Origin: a virus
Lineage: Duplodnaviria; Heunggongvirae; Uroviricota; Caudoviricetes
IMG/VR virus record: IMGVR_UViG_3300005323_000037
Location: 1-51,987 of that record
DNA: 51,987 nucleotides
Direction: 5' to 3' (one strand)
Each line of letters begins with the position of its first letter. The stretch's first letter is position 1. The notes under the pieces were generated by a model. The model was not told the DNA's origin. It worked only from the letters and a program-made list of their open reading frames with translations, and did not search any database. Shown piece after piece: positions 1 to 8,480 of this stretch. Made by a program: the position numbers and the translations under genes.

Positions 1-1
1 C

Positions 2-199
2 GGAACTTGGGTTGGGCAGTATCACAGCAAGTATATACACGTTGTGCTCGACGTATCAGGCGCTCCGCGGCAGTGGAAGCGCCTCTGCGATGACAAGTTG
101 TTTCGGTTTGATCGAGACGAGTGGCGGGGGCTCGGGAAGGCGCCTTGCCCGAAATGTGAGGCGAGGCTAAACAAACTACTGGAGGAGGAAGCCGAATGA
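2..199 (+). CDS. 5'-truncated hypothetical protein (C-terminal CPKC)
   Basis: Open frame from base 2 (GTWVGQYHSK...APCPKCEARLNKLLEEEAE*); its TGA overlaps the next ATG. Confidence 0.55.
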   Translation, partial: GTWVGQYHSKYIHVVLDVSGAPRQWKRLCDDKLFRFDRDEWRGLGKAPCPKCEARLNKLLEEEAE

Positions 200-396
200 T
201 CATCTGGCACAGATATGCATCTGTCGGGTGCAGCACTGTCGGGTGTGGCGAGCGGATGACAGTCTATGGCGACACCAAGCGCGCTATCATCAGGCAGTTG
301 CGCCGAGAGGGTTGGTCTTACAGTACAAAGATCGACGCTGACAGCGGATGGAGACTCGAAATCGTACACTGCCCTGAGCACAAGAGGAAGGGGTAA
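196..396 (+). CDS. small hypothetical protein (Cys/His motifs)
   Basis: GGAGGAGG SD upstream, ATGA coupling; CSTVGC...HCPEH. Confidence 0.65.
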   Translation: MIIWHRYASVGCSTVGCGERMTVYGDTKRAIIRQLRREGWSYSTKIDADSGWRLEIVHCPEHKRKG

Positions 397-400
397 CATC

Positions 401-622
401 ATGAGCAAGGTATTTACGCGCAAGTGTCTGTTTCAGCGTGGCACAGATACGACGTATGGGTTGCCCACATGCACTATTTTTGATGCAGGTGACGATGACA
501 GAGGGAGTCTTATCGTTAGTGATATCGAGGAGATTCTTGGTTCGGACGTTGGAGAAGCGTTGCGCGCCATGAGGAACAGGGAAGCGGTCAAGGTGATTAT
601 CACAACGGAGCTAATATCATGA
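401..622 (+). CDS. hypothetical protein
   Basis: Start moved to ATG 401 (GAGGAAGGGG upstream); ATGA overlap with next gene. Confidence 0.6.
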   Translation: MSKVFTRKCLFQRGTDTTYGLPTCTIFDAGDDDRGSLIVSDIEEILGSDVGEALRAMRNREAVKVIITTELIS

Positions 623-1074
623 GCAAATGGCATGATATCACGGAGGCGGGCGACCCGCAGGACCTGCCGACATGTGATGACACGAACAACTATATCGTTA
701 CAACCAAGTCATTGGACGGCGACATATCCGTGATGGTGTTCGACGGAGAGATGATCCACGAGTGCGCACATGGCACATACAAGGACAATCCGCGCGTCAT
801 CGCCTGGCGCAAGATGCCTCGGGCCTACGTGCCCGGCAAGCGCAAGCCGAAGCCATTGATGTTCGAGCATGATGTTACACTCAAGTGCGTAGCTCCTGTT
901 CATCCAGGCTCTTATCCTGTACTCGCTGATAATGGCGAACGTGTGGCCGATATATTATGGAGAACTGTCGATATACTTTTAGGCAAACATGCTGCTATCC
1001 GTACTAATGAAGCTAATGGTAAGCCAGTACATTTCAAAATATACTTGACTGAAATCGAACAGGACAAGCAATGA
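619..1074 (+). CDS. hypothetical protein with N-terminal DUF551-like module
   Basis: KWHDI...DLP...YIV...VIAWRKMP pattern typical of phage DUF551-like proteins. Confidence 0.6.
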   Translation: MSKWHDITEAGDPQDLPTCDDTNNYIVTTKSLDGDISVMVFDGEMIHECAHGTYKDNPRVIAWRKMPRAYVPGKRKPKPLMFEHDVTLKCVAPVHPGSYPVLADNGERVADILWRTVDILLGKHAAIRTNEANGKPVHFKIYLTEIEQDKQ

Positions 1075-1820
1075 ATAATATTTCAACATTTATTACTGCT
1101 CACTCTGATGATCTTTCTCAGACCAATAAGCATAATCTATTTCTAACTATATCTGGATCGCACTTATATGGCACTGCTAAATCTGATTCAGACATAGACT
1201 TGCGCGGCGCATTCGCGTTCTCATTGCGCGACTTACTTGGCATCTATCCATACAAGCAAGCTGCTACATTTACTGAAGAAGTTGCGGGCATAAAAGTAGA
1301 TGCAAGCATACATGAAATAGGAAAATTTGCTCAGCTTATCTTGGGTCATAATGGTAATACATTTGAGGAACTCTATTCGCCGCTTGTAGTATATGATTGT
1401 GGTATACTGAGTGAGTTACGCACCGTATGCAGTAAGTATATTACTGCTGACTTATATCATCATTATCGTGGCTTTCTCAATAAGCAACTATCAATGATGG
1501 TAGGTAAATCAGTATCAACAAAGGATGTATTGTACGCTTACCGTATTGTACTGACCGGCATTCACGTGCTTGAAACTGGCGAGATAGTAAGTAATCTGCC
1601 ATTGCTGTTTGACGCACATAGATCATTCGTTGGGCAAAAGGTTTTGAGTCATCATCTGAACAATGCTGCACCTCCAGTGGGGTATGAAGCTAGTCTTCTT
1701 GGTTGGAGCGATCGTCTTGGTATAGCATATGCTAATTGTAAACTACCTAAGCGCCCCAAGGATATGAGCGAGCTAAATGATTTAGTGGTTAAAGTTAGAA
1801 AGGAATATGGCAATGGATGA
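1071..1820 (+). CDS. DNA polymerase beta superfamily nucleotidyltransferase (YcgL/RlaP-like)
   Basis: SGSHLYGTAKSDSDIDLRG (GS...DxD) motif, HEIGKF, GNGNTFEELYSP, KDVLYAYRIVLTG. Confidence 0.85.
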   Translation: MNNISTFITAHSDDLSQTNKHNLFLTISGSHLYGTAKSDSDIDLRGAFAFSLRDLLGIYPYKQAATFTEEVAGIKVDASIHEIGKFAQLILGHNGNTFEELYSPLVVYDCGILSELRTVCSKYITADLYHHYRGFLNKQLSMMVGKSVSTKDVLYAYRIVLTGIHVLETGEIVSNLPLLFDAHRSFVGQKVLSHHLNNAAPPVGYEASLLGWSDRLGIAYANCKLPKRPKDMSELNDLVVKVRKEYGNG

Positions 1821-1980
1821 AGAAGTAGTTACTTGTTATCCATGTGGTAGGAAATTTCTTGAAGAGATAATAGATTGTGGCGGATATTGGGTGAAGTATC
1901 AAAGTGGTTGGAAATATACGTGTCCGTACTGCGAGTTGAGTGAGAGAATAGATAAGCTAGAAGTTTTAGGAGAAGAATAA
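1807..1980 (+). CDS. small zinc-ribbon protein (57 aa, not in ORF track)
   Basis: MAMDEEVVTCYPCG...YTCPYCEL...; two CxxC pairs; fills the gap between neighbours. Confidence 0.6.
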   Translation: MAMDEEVVTCYPCGRKFLEEIIDCGGYWVKYQSGWKYTCPYCELSERIDKLEVLGEE

Positions 1981-1981
1981 T

Positions 1982-2212
1982 TTGGATAATTCATTTCCAG
2001 TTATAGCTAAAGTATTATTTAGAGCAACCCTTGTTTCTGGTACTGGTATATCAATTGAGGAATGGCCACAACATTTTGAACTTGTAGCTCACGGCGACGA
2101 TGGCGAGGATTATCAATGGCTTTCATTTGATTCAACTGACACACCAATTCTAATTGAGCTATTGCAAAAGCTGGAATCAATTCTGATAGCAAGGAAACTA
2201 TATGATAGCTAG
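1982..2212 (+). CDS. hypothetical protein, paralog of next ORF
   Basis: TTG start after AGGAG; TLVSG...IEEWP...QWLS...LIELLQ. Confidence 0.6.
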   Translation: MDNSFPVIAKVLFRATLVSGTGISIEEWPQHFELVAHGDDGEDYQWLSFDSTDTPILIELLQKLESILIARKLYDS

Positions 2213-2462
2213 TAGCGGAGAATACATTGATATGAACGATTGGTACGAGGCATCAAGCGAAACGTTGGTTAGTGGGATATTCATAGACGGTTGCCGTACG
2301 ACAATTGAGAAATATCCAAACGTACTAGTATTGGTAGTGTATGACGAATATGGAAATGACGGTCAATGGGTATCGCTTGAGCGCGAGGATATAACGACCC
2401 TAATTGGAATGCTTCAGAGAGCAGAACTAATCTTGGCAGAAAGAGATAGCAAGCATGTATAA
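2202..2462 (+). CDS. hypothetical protein, paralog of previous ORF
   Basis: TLVSG...IEKYP...QWVS...LIGMLQ. Confidence 0.65.
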   Translation: MIASSGEYIDMNDWYEASSETLVSGIFIDGCRTTIEKYPNVLVLVVYDEYGNDGQWVSLEREDITTLIGMLQRAELILAERDSKHV

Positions 2463-2823
2463 TTTTGTTACCACAAATCCTATCAGAGTCTCCGTAGACA
2501 GCCATCACGATCATCTATACATACACAATACTGATGTTCTTACTGGTGATGCGGTGGGCGAGATTTGTGTAAGCATTTCCGATGCCGATGATTTCCTCGC
2601 GCTTATCTACGACGCTCTCAATATTCCGAGCCCACTAACTGATGACTGGAATATCCTAAATGGAGATGAGGACAACTTGCCAGACGAAACCGATCGCTAT
2701 CTAATCAGAGACAAAGATGGGCTCTATAATTGTATGGATTTCTATATGAATGATAAGGAATCTAGAAGTGCATGGCTTAGTAGTGTAGATATCTGGACAT
2801 TTCTTCCAGATCAGACAATATAA
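2455..2823 (+). CDS. hypothetical protein with C-terminal DUF551-like module
   Basis: WNIL...DNLPDETDRYLI...VDIWTFLP. Confidence 0.6.
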   Translation: MYNFVTTNPIRVSVDSHHDHLYIHNTDVLTGDAVGEICVSISDADDFLALIYDALNIPSPLTDDWNILNGDEDNLPDETDRYLIRDKDGLYNCMDFYMNDKESRSAWLSSVDIWTFLPDQTI

Positions 2824-2841
2824 TAGCAATCTAAAAACAAT

Positions 2842-2882
2842 GGACCAAGCATTATTTGGATAATCCAACTCTTGCTTGGTCC
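2842..2882. terminator. compound stem-loop between convergent operons
   Basis: GGACCAAGCA (2842-2851) pairs with TGCTTGGTCC (2873-2882); inner TTGGA/TCCAA stem. Confidence 0.6.
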
Positions 2883-2909
2883 TTGTCATTTCTGCTTCAT
2901 GTCAATCAG

Positions 2910-4583
2910 TTATCTTCCTCGATGCCACCTGCTCTTACTGCTCCTTCTATTTGCTATTGGCGCACGCCATGAATTCAATCTGCCATACTCTTCTCTAAGC
3001 ACCGATACTGCGCCCGTTATTGCCCCTAGCTTATCCAGTTCATCCGTTACTATATCAGGCAATGAATCCACAATTGTATTAGTATACGATATACATAACG
3101 CGTCCGCAGTATCTGGACTACGCTTGATCCTTTTCTTGATCTCATCCTTCTCTTCGATCTGAATCTTGCCTCTGTCACCGCGCTTCTTCCTCGGCGCAAT
3201 CAAGTCCCCGCATAGTAAACTATCATTCGGTATAGACATCTTACCTGAGCGCAGCAATTCCTTTACTCTCCACCAGATTTCAGCACGTAGGTTAATGAAC
3301 AGATCAGGTCGATTAGCTTTCTTGCCCACATTTACATATACTACTGGCAACCTCAGTGCTTTAGCTTGGTCTGCTACACCCTTCCCCGAACCAATCTCAT
3401 CAATGAACACCTTCTCCACTTTCCACTCAGATAACTGTTCCTTCAACCACTGCGCAATAGCAATAGTATTATCGCCTTTCATGCGTGCAATCTTTACTAT
3501 ATTATTACCTTGCCTGACCACAAGCGCATTGTCATCGCCACCGTGTGCAGCAGGATCGAAGCCAGCAATCACTCCTTCACTGCTAGTGTCTACATAGCCA
3601 CGTGCTTTAGCTTCATCCACCCAGGCCATGCTAATTAGTTGATCCTCTCCTTGCGCTGGCGCAACTCCTTGCACTTTAGCAGTAAACATATTTTCGGGCT
3701 TATACCATTTACCAGTCCATGGTATTTCTACTGCGTCCTCTGTATGCGGACTAACTTCAATTGCCCATTCGCGTGCACGTCCTTCAATCCAGCCGCGTGT
3801 TACTGCCCCAGGTATAACTTCGCGTCCCTCAATTACATTAGGATGATCGAAGCAACTGATATGAATGTAGTTCCAGTCAGGGTTATTGCACGCATCCCAG
3901 AATGGGCCTTGCTGCTCGATCGGATTACCGATAGCTAGGATTCTACAGTTATCACCAGCGGCCAAGCCAGCAACAGCATCCCATACTTCGGGCGGCAGGC
4001 CAGCAGCTTCGTCCATAATCACTAGCTCAGTCGGACCGTGATAGCCTTGTAGTGTAGTAATATCTTCATTAGTAGACTTGCGTGGTGATAATCCTACCGC
4101 ATAATGATTAGCATCACCCATCTCCCAGCGTGGCGTATCTAAGATTATACCAGGCAAGTTAGTTGCTCGGCCAACGCTACGCATGTAACGCCAGATAATG
4201 TTCTGTACTTGATTATAGGTAGGAGCAATAGTGACTACTACTGAGGGAACTTTTGTAGTTAGGAACCAGCAAGCAATTGCGGCAGAGGCTATCGACTTCC
4301 CGCAAGAGAATCCAGACGATACAATCGTATTATGATTATTTTCTACTGATCGAAGTATCTCTTCAAGTTTGGACCACATCTGGTATCCGAGTACATCAGT
4401 CATAAACTCTACTGGATCATTCGGATAAACTACCTTGCTCTCTTTATCCTTCTCAGTATAAGGCTTGATTGCCTCTTCCCACCCCTGAGAATTTATAATC
4501 ATATGCGCGACAATATCGTCTGGCAAGTACTTCGCTAGACTGACTAATTGATCGCCTGTATTTACTTTCTTACGTCCGGCCAT
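2910..4583 (-). CDS. terL: terminase large subunit
   Basis: Walker A SSGFSCGKS, Walker B VIMDEAA, GNP coupling motif, nuclease GFDPAAHGGDD and SPDTADA. Confidence 0.93.
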   Translation of the reverse strand: MAGRKKVNTGDQLVSLAKYLPDDIVAHMIINSQGWEEAIKPYTEKDKESKVVYPNDPVEFMTDVLGYQMWSKLEEILRSVENNHNTIVSSGFSCGKSIASAAIACWFLTTKVPSVVVTIAPTYNQVQNIIWRYMRSVGRATNLPGIILDTPRWEMGDANHYAVGLSPRKSTNEDITTLQGYHGPTELVIMDEAAGLPPEVWDAVAGLAAGDNCRILAIGNPIEQQGPFWDACNNPDWNYIHISCFDHPNVIEGREVIPGAVTRGWIEGRAREWAIEVSPHTEDAVEIPWTGKWYKPENMFTAKVQGVAPAQGEDQLISMAWVDEAKARGYVDTSSEGVIAGFDPAAHGGDDNALVVRQGNNIVKIARMKGDNTIAIAQWLKEQLSEWKVEKVFIDEIGSGKGVADQAKALRLPVVYVNVGKKANRPDLFINLRAEIWWRVKELLRSGKMSIPNDSLLCGDLIAPRKKRGDRGKIQIEEKDEIKKRIKRSPDTADALCISYTNTIVDSLPDIVTDELDKLGAITGAVSVLREEYGRLNSWRAPIANRRSSKSRWHRGR

Positions 4584-4584
4584 A

Positions 4585-4644
4585 TTATGTCAACCTGTTC
4601 ATTCTATTATTATGTCAACCTACTTGCTTATCCGTTATGTCAAC
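4585..4644. repeat. three direct repeats TTATGTCAAC at 25-bp period
   Basis: Copies at 4585-4594, 4610-4619, 4635-4644 in the terS-terL intergenic region. Confidence 0.85.
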
Positions 4645-4749
4645 TATTGTATTCATCCTTTAGGCACACCTGTATAACTGCCGCTTCTAAACTGGGGAAA
4701 ATATTTTGTTTTCCAGATTGTGAAATACGTCACAAATCCACAAGCCGCA

Positions 4750-5460
4750 TCAATTCTTAGATTTCTTGCTCGGCTTCTTTACTGGAACATTTTCTAATAA
4801 TTTTATCTCGCCATCTATGATATCGTCAGTACTGTCCACTATATCATTGACCGTGCTAATGATGGTGCTATTATCAGTACTATTACTATCCGATGTTCGA
4901 TACTCTGCCGCTACAATTCTTAGTACACTATCGCGTTTACCGTCCGGTAGTGAGCTAATCAGATTAGTGATCTGCGTACCGGATAGATTGCCTAGCTGCG
5001 GAATGGCTGTTCGCTGAATTCCAGATGTAGTTTGCAGCATACCGAGGATGTCACCTAAGCCAAGTATGATATCATCTTTGCCCAATTTGCTCAGCGCGTC
5101 ATCCAGCTTACCTCTAATCTTCTCTGCGATTACATAGTCCGATTCACGCAAGTCCCAGTCGCGCTCGCCCCACTTCTTGTAGCGCTCCTGTAGCATGTTG
5201 ATATCTCTGGACGCAGCACGCTCTTGCCATAACCAAGCGGTTGAAATTTGTCTGAATGTACTGGACATACTCTTGCGGGCACGCGAGGTGTCCTTAGTCC
5301 ACTCGCGCCAAGCGTTAGCAATCGTGCGCTCACTGGGCTTCAGGTTAGCGAATGCTAAGAACATGACATAGAGTGAATCAGTTTCGCCAATGTTGACCTG
5401 TTGATCCCAGATTGGCTCTCGCAGTTCATCTACTGTACGTAGTTCAAATGGTCTGGCCAT
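4750..5460 (-). CDS. terS: probable terminase small subunit
   Basis: Directly upstream of terL; PIWDQQ..GET...YVMFLAF...RTIANAW...WLWQERA pattern, helical middle, low-complexity tail. Confidence 0.7.
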   Translation of the reverse strand: MARPFELRTVDELREPIWDQQVNIGETDSLYVMFLAFANLKPSERTIANAWREWTKDTSRARKSMSSTFRQISTAWLWQERAASRDINMLQERYKKWGERDWDLRESDYVIAEKIRGKLDDALSKLGKDDIILGLGDILGMLQTTSGIQRTAIPQLGNLSGTQITNLISSLPDGKRDSVLRIVAAEYRTSDSNSTDNSTIISTVNDIVDSTDDIIDGEIKLLENVPVKKPSKKSKN

Positions 5461-5472
5461 TACTGTTTACTC

Positions 5473-6537
5473 TCAAGATAGTTTGTCCATCAACTTAGCT
5501 GCCGTCTCGATATTATTTAGCCCAATCATGTCACCAGACTCAGCATCGAATATGATCGCGACCGCAGTAGAATCATTAGGCTTCCTGAAGCCACGCTGCC
5601 TAGCATACTCATCATAGCGCTTGTATGACCCGCACAGTGCCGCCATGCCAGTCTGCCCATGAACGTTGAACTGCCTAGTCAGGCCGCTAGCATGCGTATG
5701 TGCGCCGACGCCCCAGATAAAATCACCATCAAATAGCGCGGCGCGTTCAATACCATGCGTGTCATTGTAGATAGAGTAGCCTCGCCATAAATGCCTGATC
5801 CGGCCAGGAAACTCTCTCTTATTATCTCCAACAACTAATGTAACTCGGCAATCATATGGATCGTATAGGATATTGCGCGCTACATCAGCAATGTCTTTCT
5901 GTAAGAAGTTGATTCCAGTCAGTACGTTCAACCACAGATCATGATTGCCATCAACACTGGCTAGCCACATCGGCGCGATCTTGGTAATATACCTACGAAA
6001 CAGAATCAGTTCTTCCTCGATACCCATCGGTGCATTCATTCTGAGCTTGAGCAACTTATTGATAATAAACATGTCCATCATATCGCCAGCAGTGAATACA
6101 CCTGTATTCTTCATCTCAGAAATTATATCTGCTTCGTAAAATATCCTTCCGGTATCTGTCCCTCTGTTTCCAAAATGTAAATCAGCCACAAAAACGCCAC
6201 AAAATATATTACTGCCGATCTCAATAGTTTGATTATTGCGGAACGAATCAATACTGTCTTCATCCCAATATACTGATCTAGCCCGCTCATACAATTCATC
6301 CTCTCGTGCAAACGAAGTACTGGCTGTAACGCCCCGAATACCGTACTGATTAGACTCTTTGATATCACCTAGCATGCTCTCCATTTCAGAGCACTTTTGC
6401 ATCGCCAGGTCGCGTTCTTTGCGGGCTTCATCTAACTGATCGTACACTCCGACATGTCTGCGTTTGCCATCTGGCAGTGTAATCTTGACTCGAAATCTGC
6501 CGTTGGATCGTCGCTCGATGTACTTGTCATTGTCCAA
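5473..6537 (-). CDS. calcineurin-like metallophosphoesterase with N-terminal AP2-like DNA-binding domain
   Basis: ADLHFG, GDMMD, DGNHD, GAHTH motifs; N-terminal GRFRVKITLPDGKRRHVGVYDQLDEARKERD. Confidence 0.8.
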   Translation of the reverse strand: MDNDKYIERRSNGRFRVKITLPDGKRRHVGVYDQLDEARKERDLAMQKCSEMESMLGDIKESNQYGIRGVTASTSFAREDELYERARSVYWDEDSIDSFRNNQTIEIGSNIFCGVFVADLHFGNRGTDTGRIFYEADIISEMKNTGVFTAGDMMDMFIINKLLKLRMNAPMGIEEELILFRRYITKIAPMWLASVDGNHDLWLNVLTGINFLQKDIADVARNILYDPYDCRVTLVVGDNKREFPGRIRHLWRGYSIYNDTHGIERAALFDGDFIWGVGAHTHASGLTRQFNVHGQTGMAALCGSYKRYDEYARQRGFRKPNDSTAVAIIFDAESGDMIGLNNIETAAKLMDKLS

Positions 6538-6557
6538 GATTCGATCTCCTTGCTAGC

Positions 6558-8105
6558 TCATTCTTCGACTACTGCATAATTAGATTGGGCAGGTAGTTTA
6601 GGCTTACCGTTAGCTTGACCAATAGCAATGTTAGCCTTACGCCTACCAATCAACTCGGCAGGCATCTCAGGTAATCTCCCTAGCTGGCGCATGTGCTGCT
6701 CGACTTCATCGTCCACCGTGATAACATTTCTGCCTACCATAGTATTGATGAATGTGCCGATCTCTTTCAAGTTAGTTACGCCAATATCGCTCATTACCAG
6801 CTCTGGATAACCTGTTATACCTGGGAATGTATTATACCGCAATAGTCTAGGAATAGCAACTCTATTGATTACGTCTACAATTTTATTTAGCCATGCGCCT
6901 ACTGACAGATTGAACAAGTCGGCCTGATCAGTAGATAGCGCATATGAGCCTACTCGGTCCATGCCAAGCATGATGAATTGAGCCAGTACGCTAACCGCTT
7001 TTCTTTTATCCAGCCGCTCAATAATATTACCAACATCATGCGCGCGCATATTAGATGAAGACAGTAGCTCTACCAGCACCCCCATGCCATCGCCAGCGGT
7101 ACCCATCTTGGGCTTAGGAATGACTACGCACATTTGTTCGTCATTACGCAAGTTGACACCGATGTCACGTAAATAATCAACGTCATCTACAGTGCAATCG
7201 TTGCCTGCATAAATAACTGGTACGCCATTTAGGTCGCGCTCTACACCGATGCCCTCAATCTCCATGTAGTTCTTAGTATAATAGTACGGCACATACATGG
7301 CACGATGAATTGGTCGGCCTACTGGACTATTAGCAGGCGCGGCGGTGGTACGAAATAGCAGGATAGATTCAATCGGTAACGCAATTGACTTACCAGTTTC
7401 GCTAGACTGATTGCAGCCTAGTATCTTGCCGTTCTCAATATTCCATTCATTACCTGGTGTAAGTGTTTCTGCTGGCCTGGGTGCCCAATTGCGCCAGCCA
7501 ACGCGACCATCGGTGTACTTGGACTTGCCTGGATCAGCAATATACTTAGGTGGATTGACGCCTAGTCTGCGCTTGTATGTCGGCTCTTCGACTGCAAAGC
7601 CTTGCTCAAGCATGATCATAATATTATCCATGACATCATCAAACGAGCTGCTCATATCATCGAAGCAACTATCGACAAACTCGGCGCATTCTCTGTCATG
7701 AGTTTTGTCGCTAGCTGGTCGCATGCGCCTTACTGCTTGCTTGAGCTTAGATTCAATAGCAAAGAATACCGCGCTGATAACCGGATCGTTAGTACGCATC
7801 TCATGAAATAACTTGATCCCAGATGAGCCAAGCAATTCAGATAATTGCTCATTGTAAATTGTACTCTGATCCCAGCGCGTTAGTCCAGTCGTGCCTAGCT
7901 CGGCATAGTTGACTTTCTCAGGCGGCTTGTTAGGCGATGTCGTACCACTAAGCGCGGCTTCGATATCAGCGCGCCGATAACGCCTGTGGCCACCGCTAGT
8001 CTTTAGTGGCTTGAGCTTACCTTGTTCCTCCCAGTGTAGTAGTGTACTGCGAGCAAAGCCATACTTATCATGAATCTCAGATGTGGTTAATAGTTCTTCT
8101 GCCAT
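6558..8105 (-). CDS. portal protein (DUF935/Mu gp29-like) with N-terminal MerR-like HTH
   Basis: Start at ATG 8105 (AAAGGA SD); LLTTSEI..KYGFARSTLLHWEEQGKLKPLKTSGGHRRY HTH, then GRPIHRAMYVPY...EGIGVERDLNGVP and MGMDRVGSYALS portal motifs. Confidence 0.82.
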   Translation of the reverse strand: MAEELLTTSEIHDKYGFARSTLLHWEEQGKLKPLKTSGGHRRYRRADIEAALSGTTSPNKPPEKVNYAELGTTGLTRWDQSTIYNEQLSELLGSSGIKLFHEMRTNDPVISAVFFAIESKLKQAVRRMRPASDKTHDRECAEFVDSCFDDMSSSFDDVMDNIMIMLEQGFAVEEPTYKRRLGVNPPKYIADPGKSKYTDGRVGWRNWAPRPAETLTPGNEWNIENGKILGCNQSSETGKSIALPIESILLFRTTAAPANSPVGRPIHRAMYVPYYYTKNYMEIEGIGVERDLNGVPVIYAGNDCTVDDVDYLRDIGVNLRNDEQMCVVIPKPKMGTAGDGMGVLVELLSSSNMRAHDVGNIIERLDKRKAVSVLAQFIMLGMDRVGSYALSTDQADLFNLSVGAWLNKIVDVINRVAIPRLLRYNTFPGITGYPELVMSDIGVTNLKEIGTFINTMVGRNVITVDDEVEQHMRQLGRLPEMPAELIGRRKANIAIGQANGKPKLPAQSNYAVVEE

Positions 8106-8126
8106 TATTGTATCCTTTACTAGAGA

Positions 8127-8158
8127 AATGGGCAGGCTCACTGAGGAACCTACCCATT
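8127..8158 (-). terminator. hairpin just upstream of the portal RBS (possible attenuator)
   Basis: Minus strand AATGGGTAGG/CCTGCCCATT 10-bp stem (one G-U) followed by TCTCT. Confidence 0.5.
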
Positions 8159-8316
8159 CCAAGTTACTGATTGTGTGTCACTTGCCTCCTTTCACTGTCA
8201 TATCGTGCAGGTTGGCTTGATAAACTAACCGGATTAGATTCGCATCACCTCCCAGTCAGTGAAATAGCAATTGCATACATTTTTGTCACTTACAACTCAA
8301 TTATCATACTGCATAT

Positions 8317-8345
8317 ATTATATCACATAAACATTTATTTGTCAA
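8317..8345 (-). promoter_or_regulatory. sigma70 consensus promoter for the portal-terminase unit
   Basis: TTGACA (8345-8340), 17-bp spacer, TG extension, TATAAT (8322-8317). Confidence 0.85.
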
Positions 8346-8405
8346 TACTATTGTATCGCATACTATAATATTGTATAACTCGCTACAAATTGGGCTACGA
8401 ATCGC

Positions 8406-8435
8406 TTGACAAGCATACTGCACCTGTGGTAGAAT
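8406..8435 (+). promoter_or_regulatory. sigma70-type promoter, divergent
   Basis: TTGACA 8406-8411, 18-bp spacer, TGG-TAGAAT 8430-8435. Confidence 0.7.
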
Positions 8436-8480
8436 ATAAGTAAGAAGTGAGGCTAGCAATCAGCGTACATAGGATGGCCA

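Noticed and set aside
4585-4644. Mini-CRISPR array or tandem promoters
   Set aside because: Repeats are only 10-13 bp with 12-15 bp spacers; no cas genes; no -10 at the right distance
6370-6537. HNH-AP2 homing endonuclease
   Set aside because: No HNH motif; the AP2-like segment is fused to a phosphoesterase
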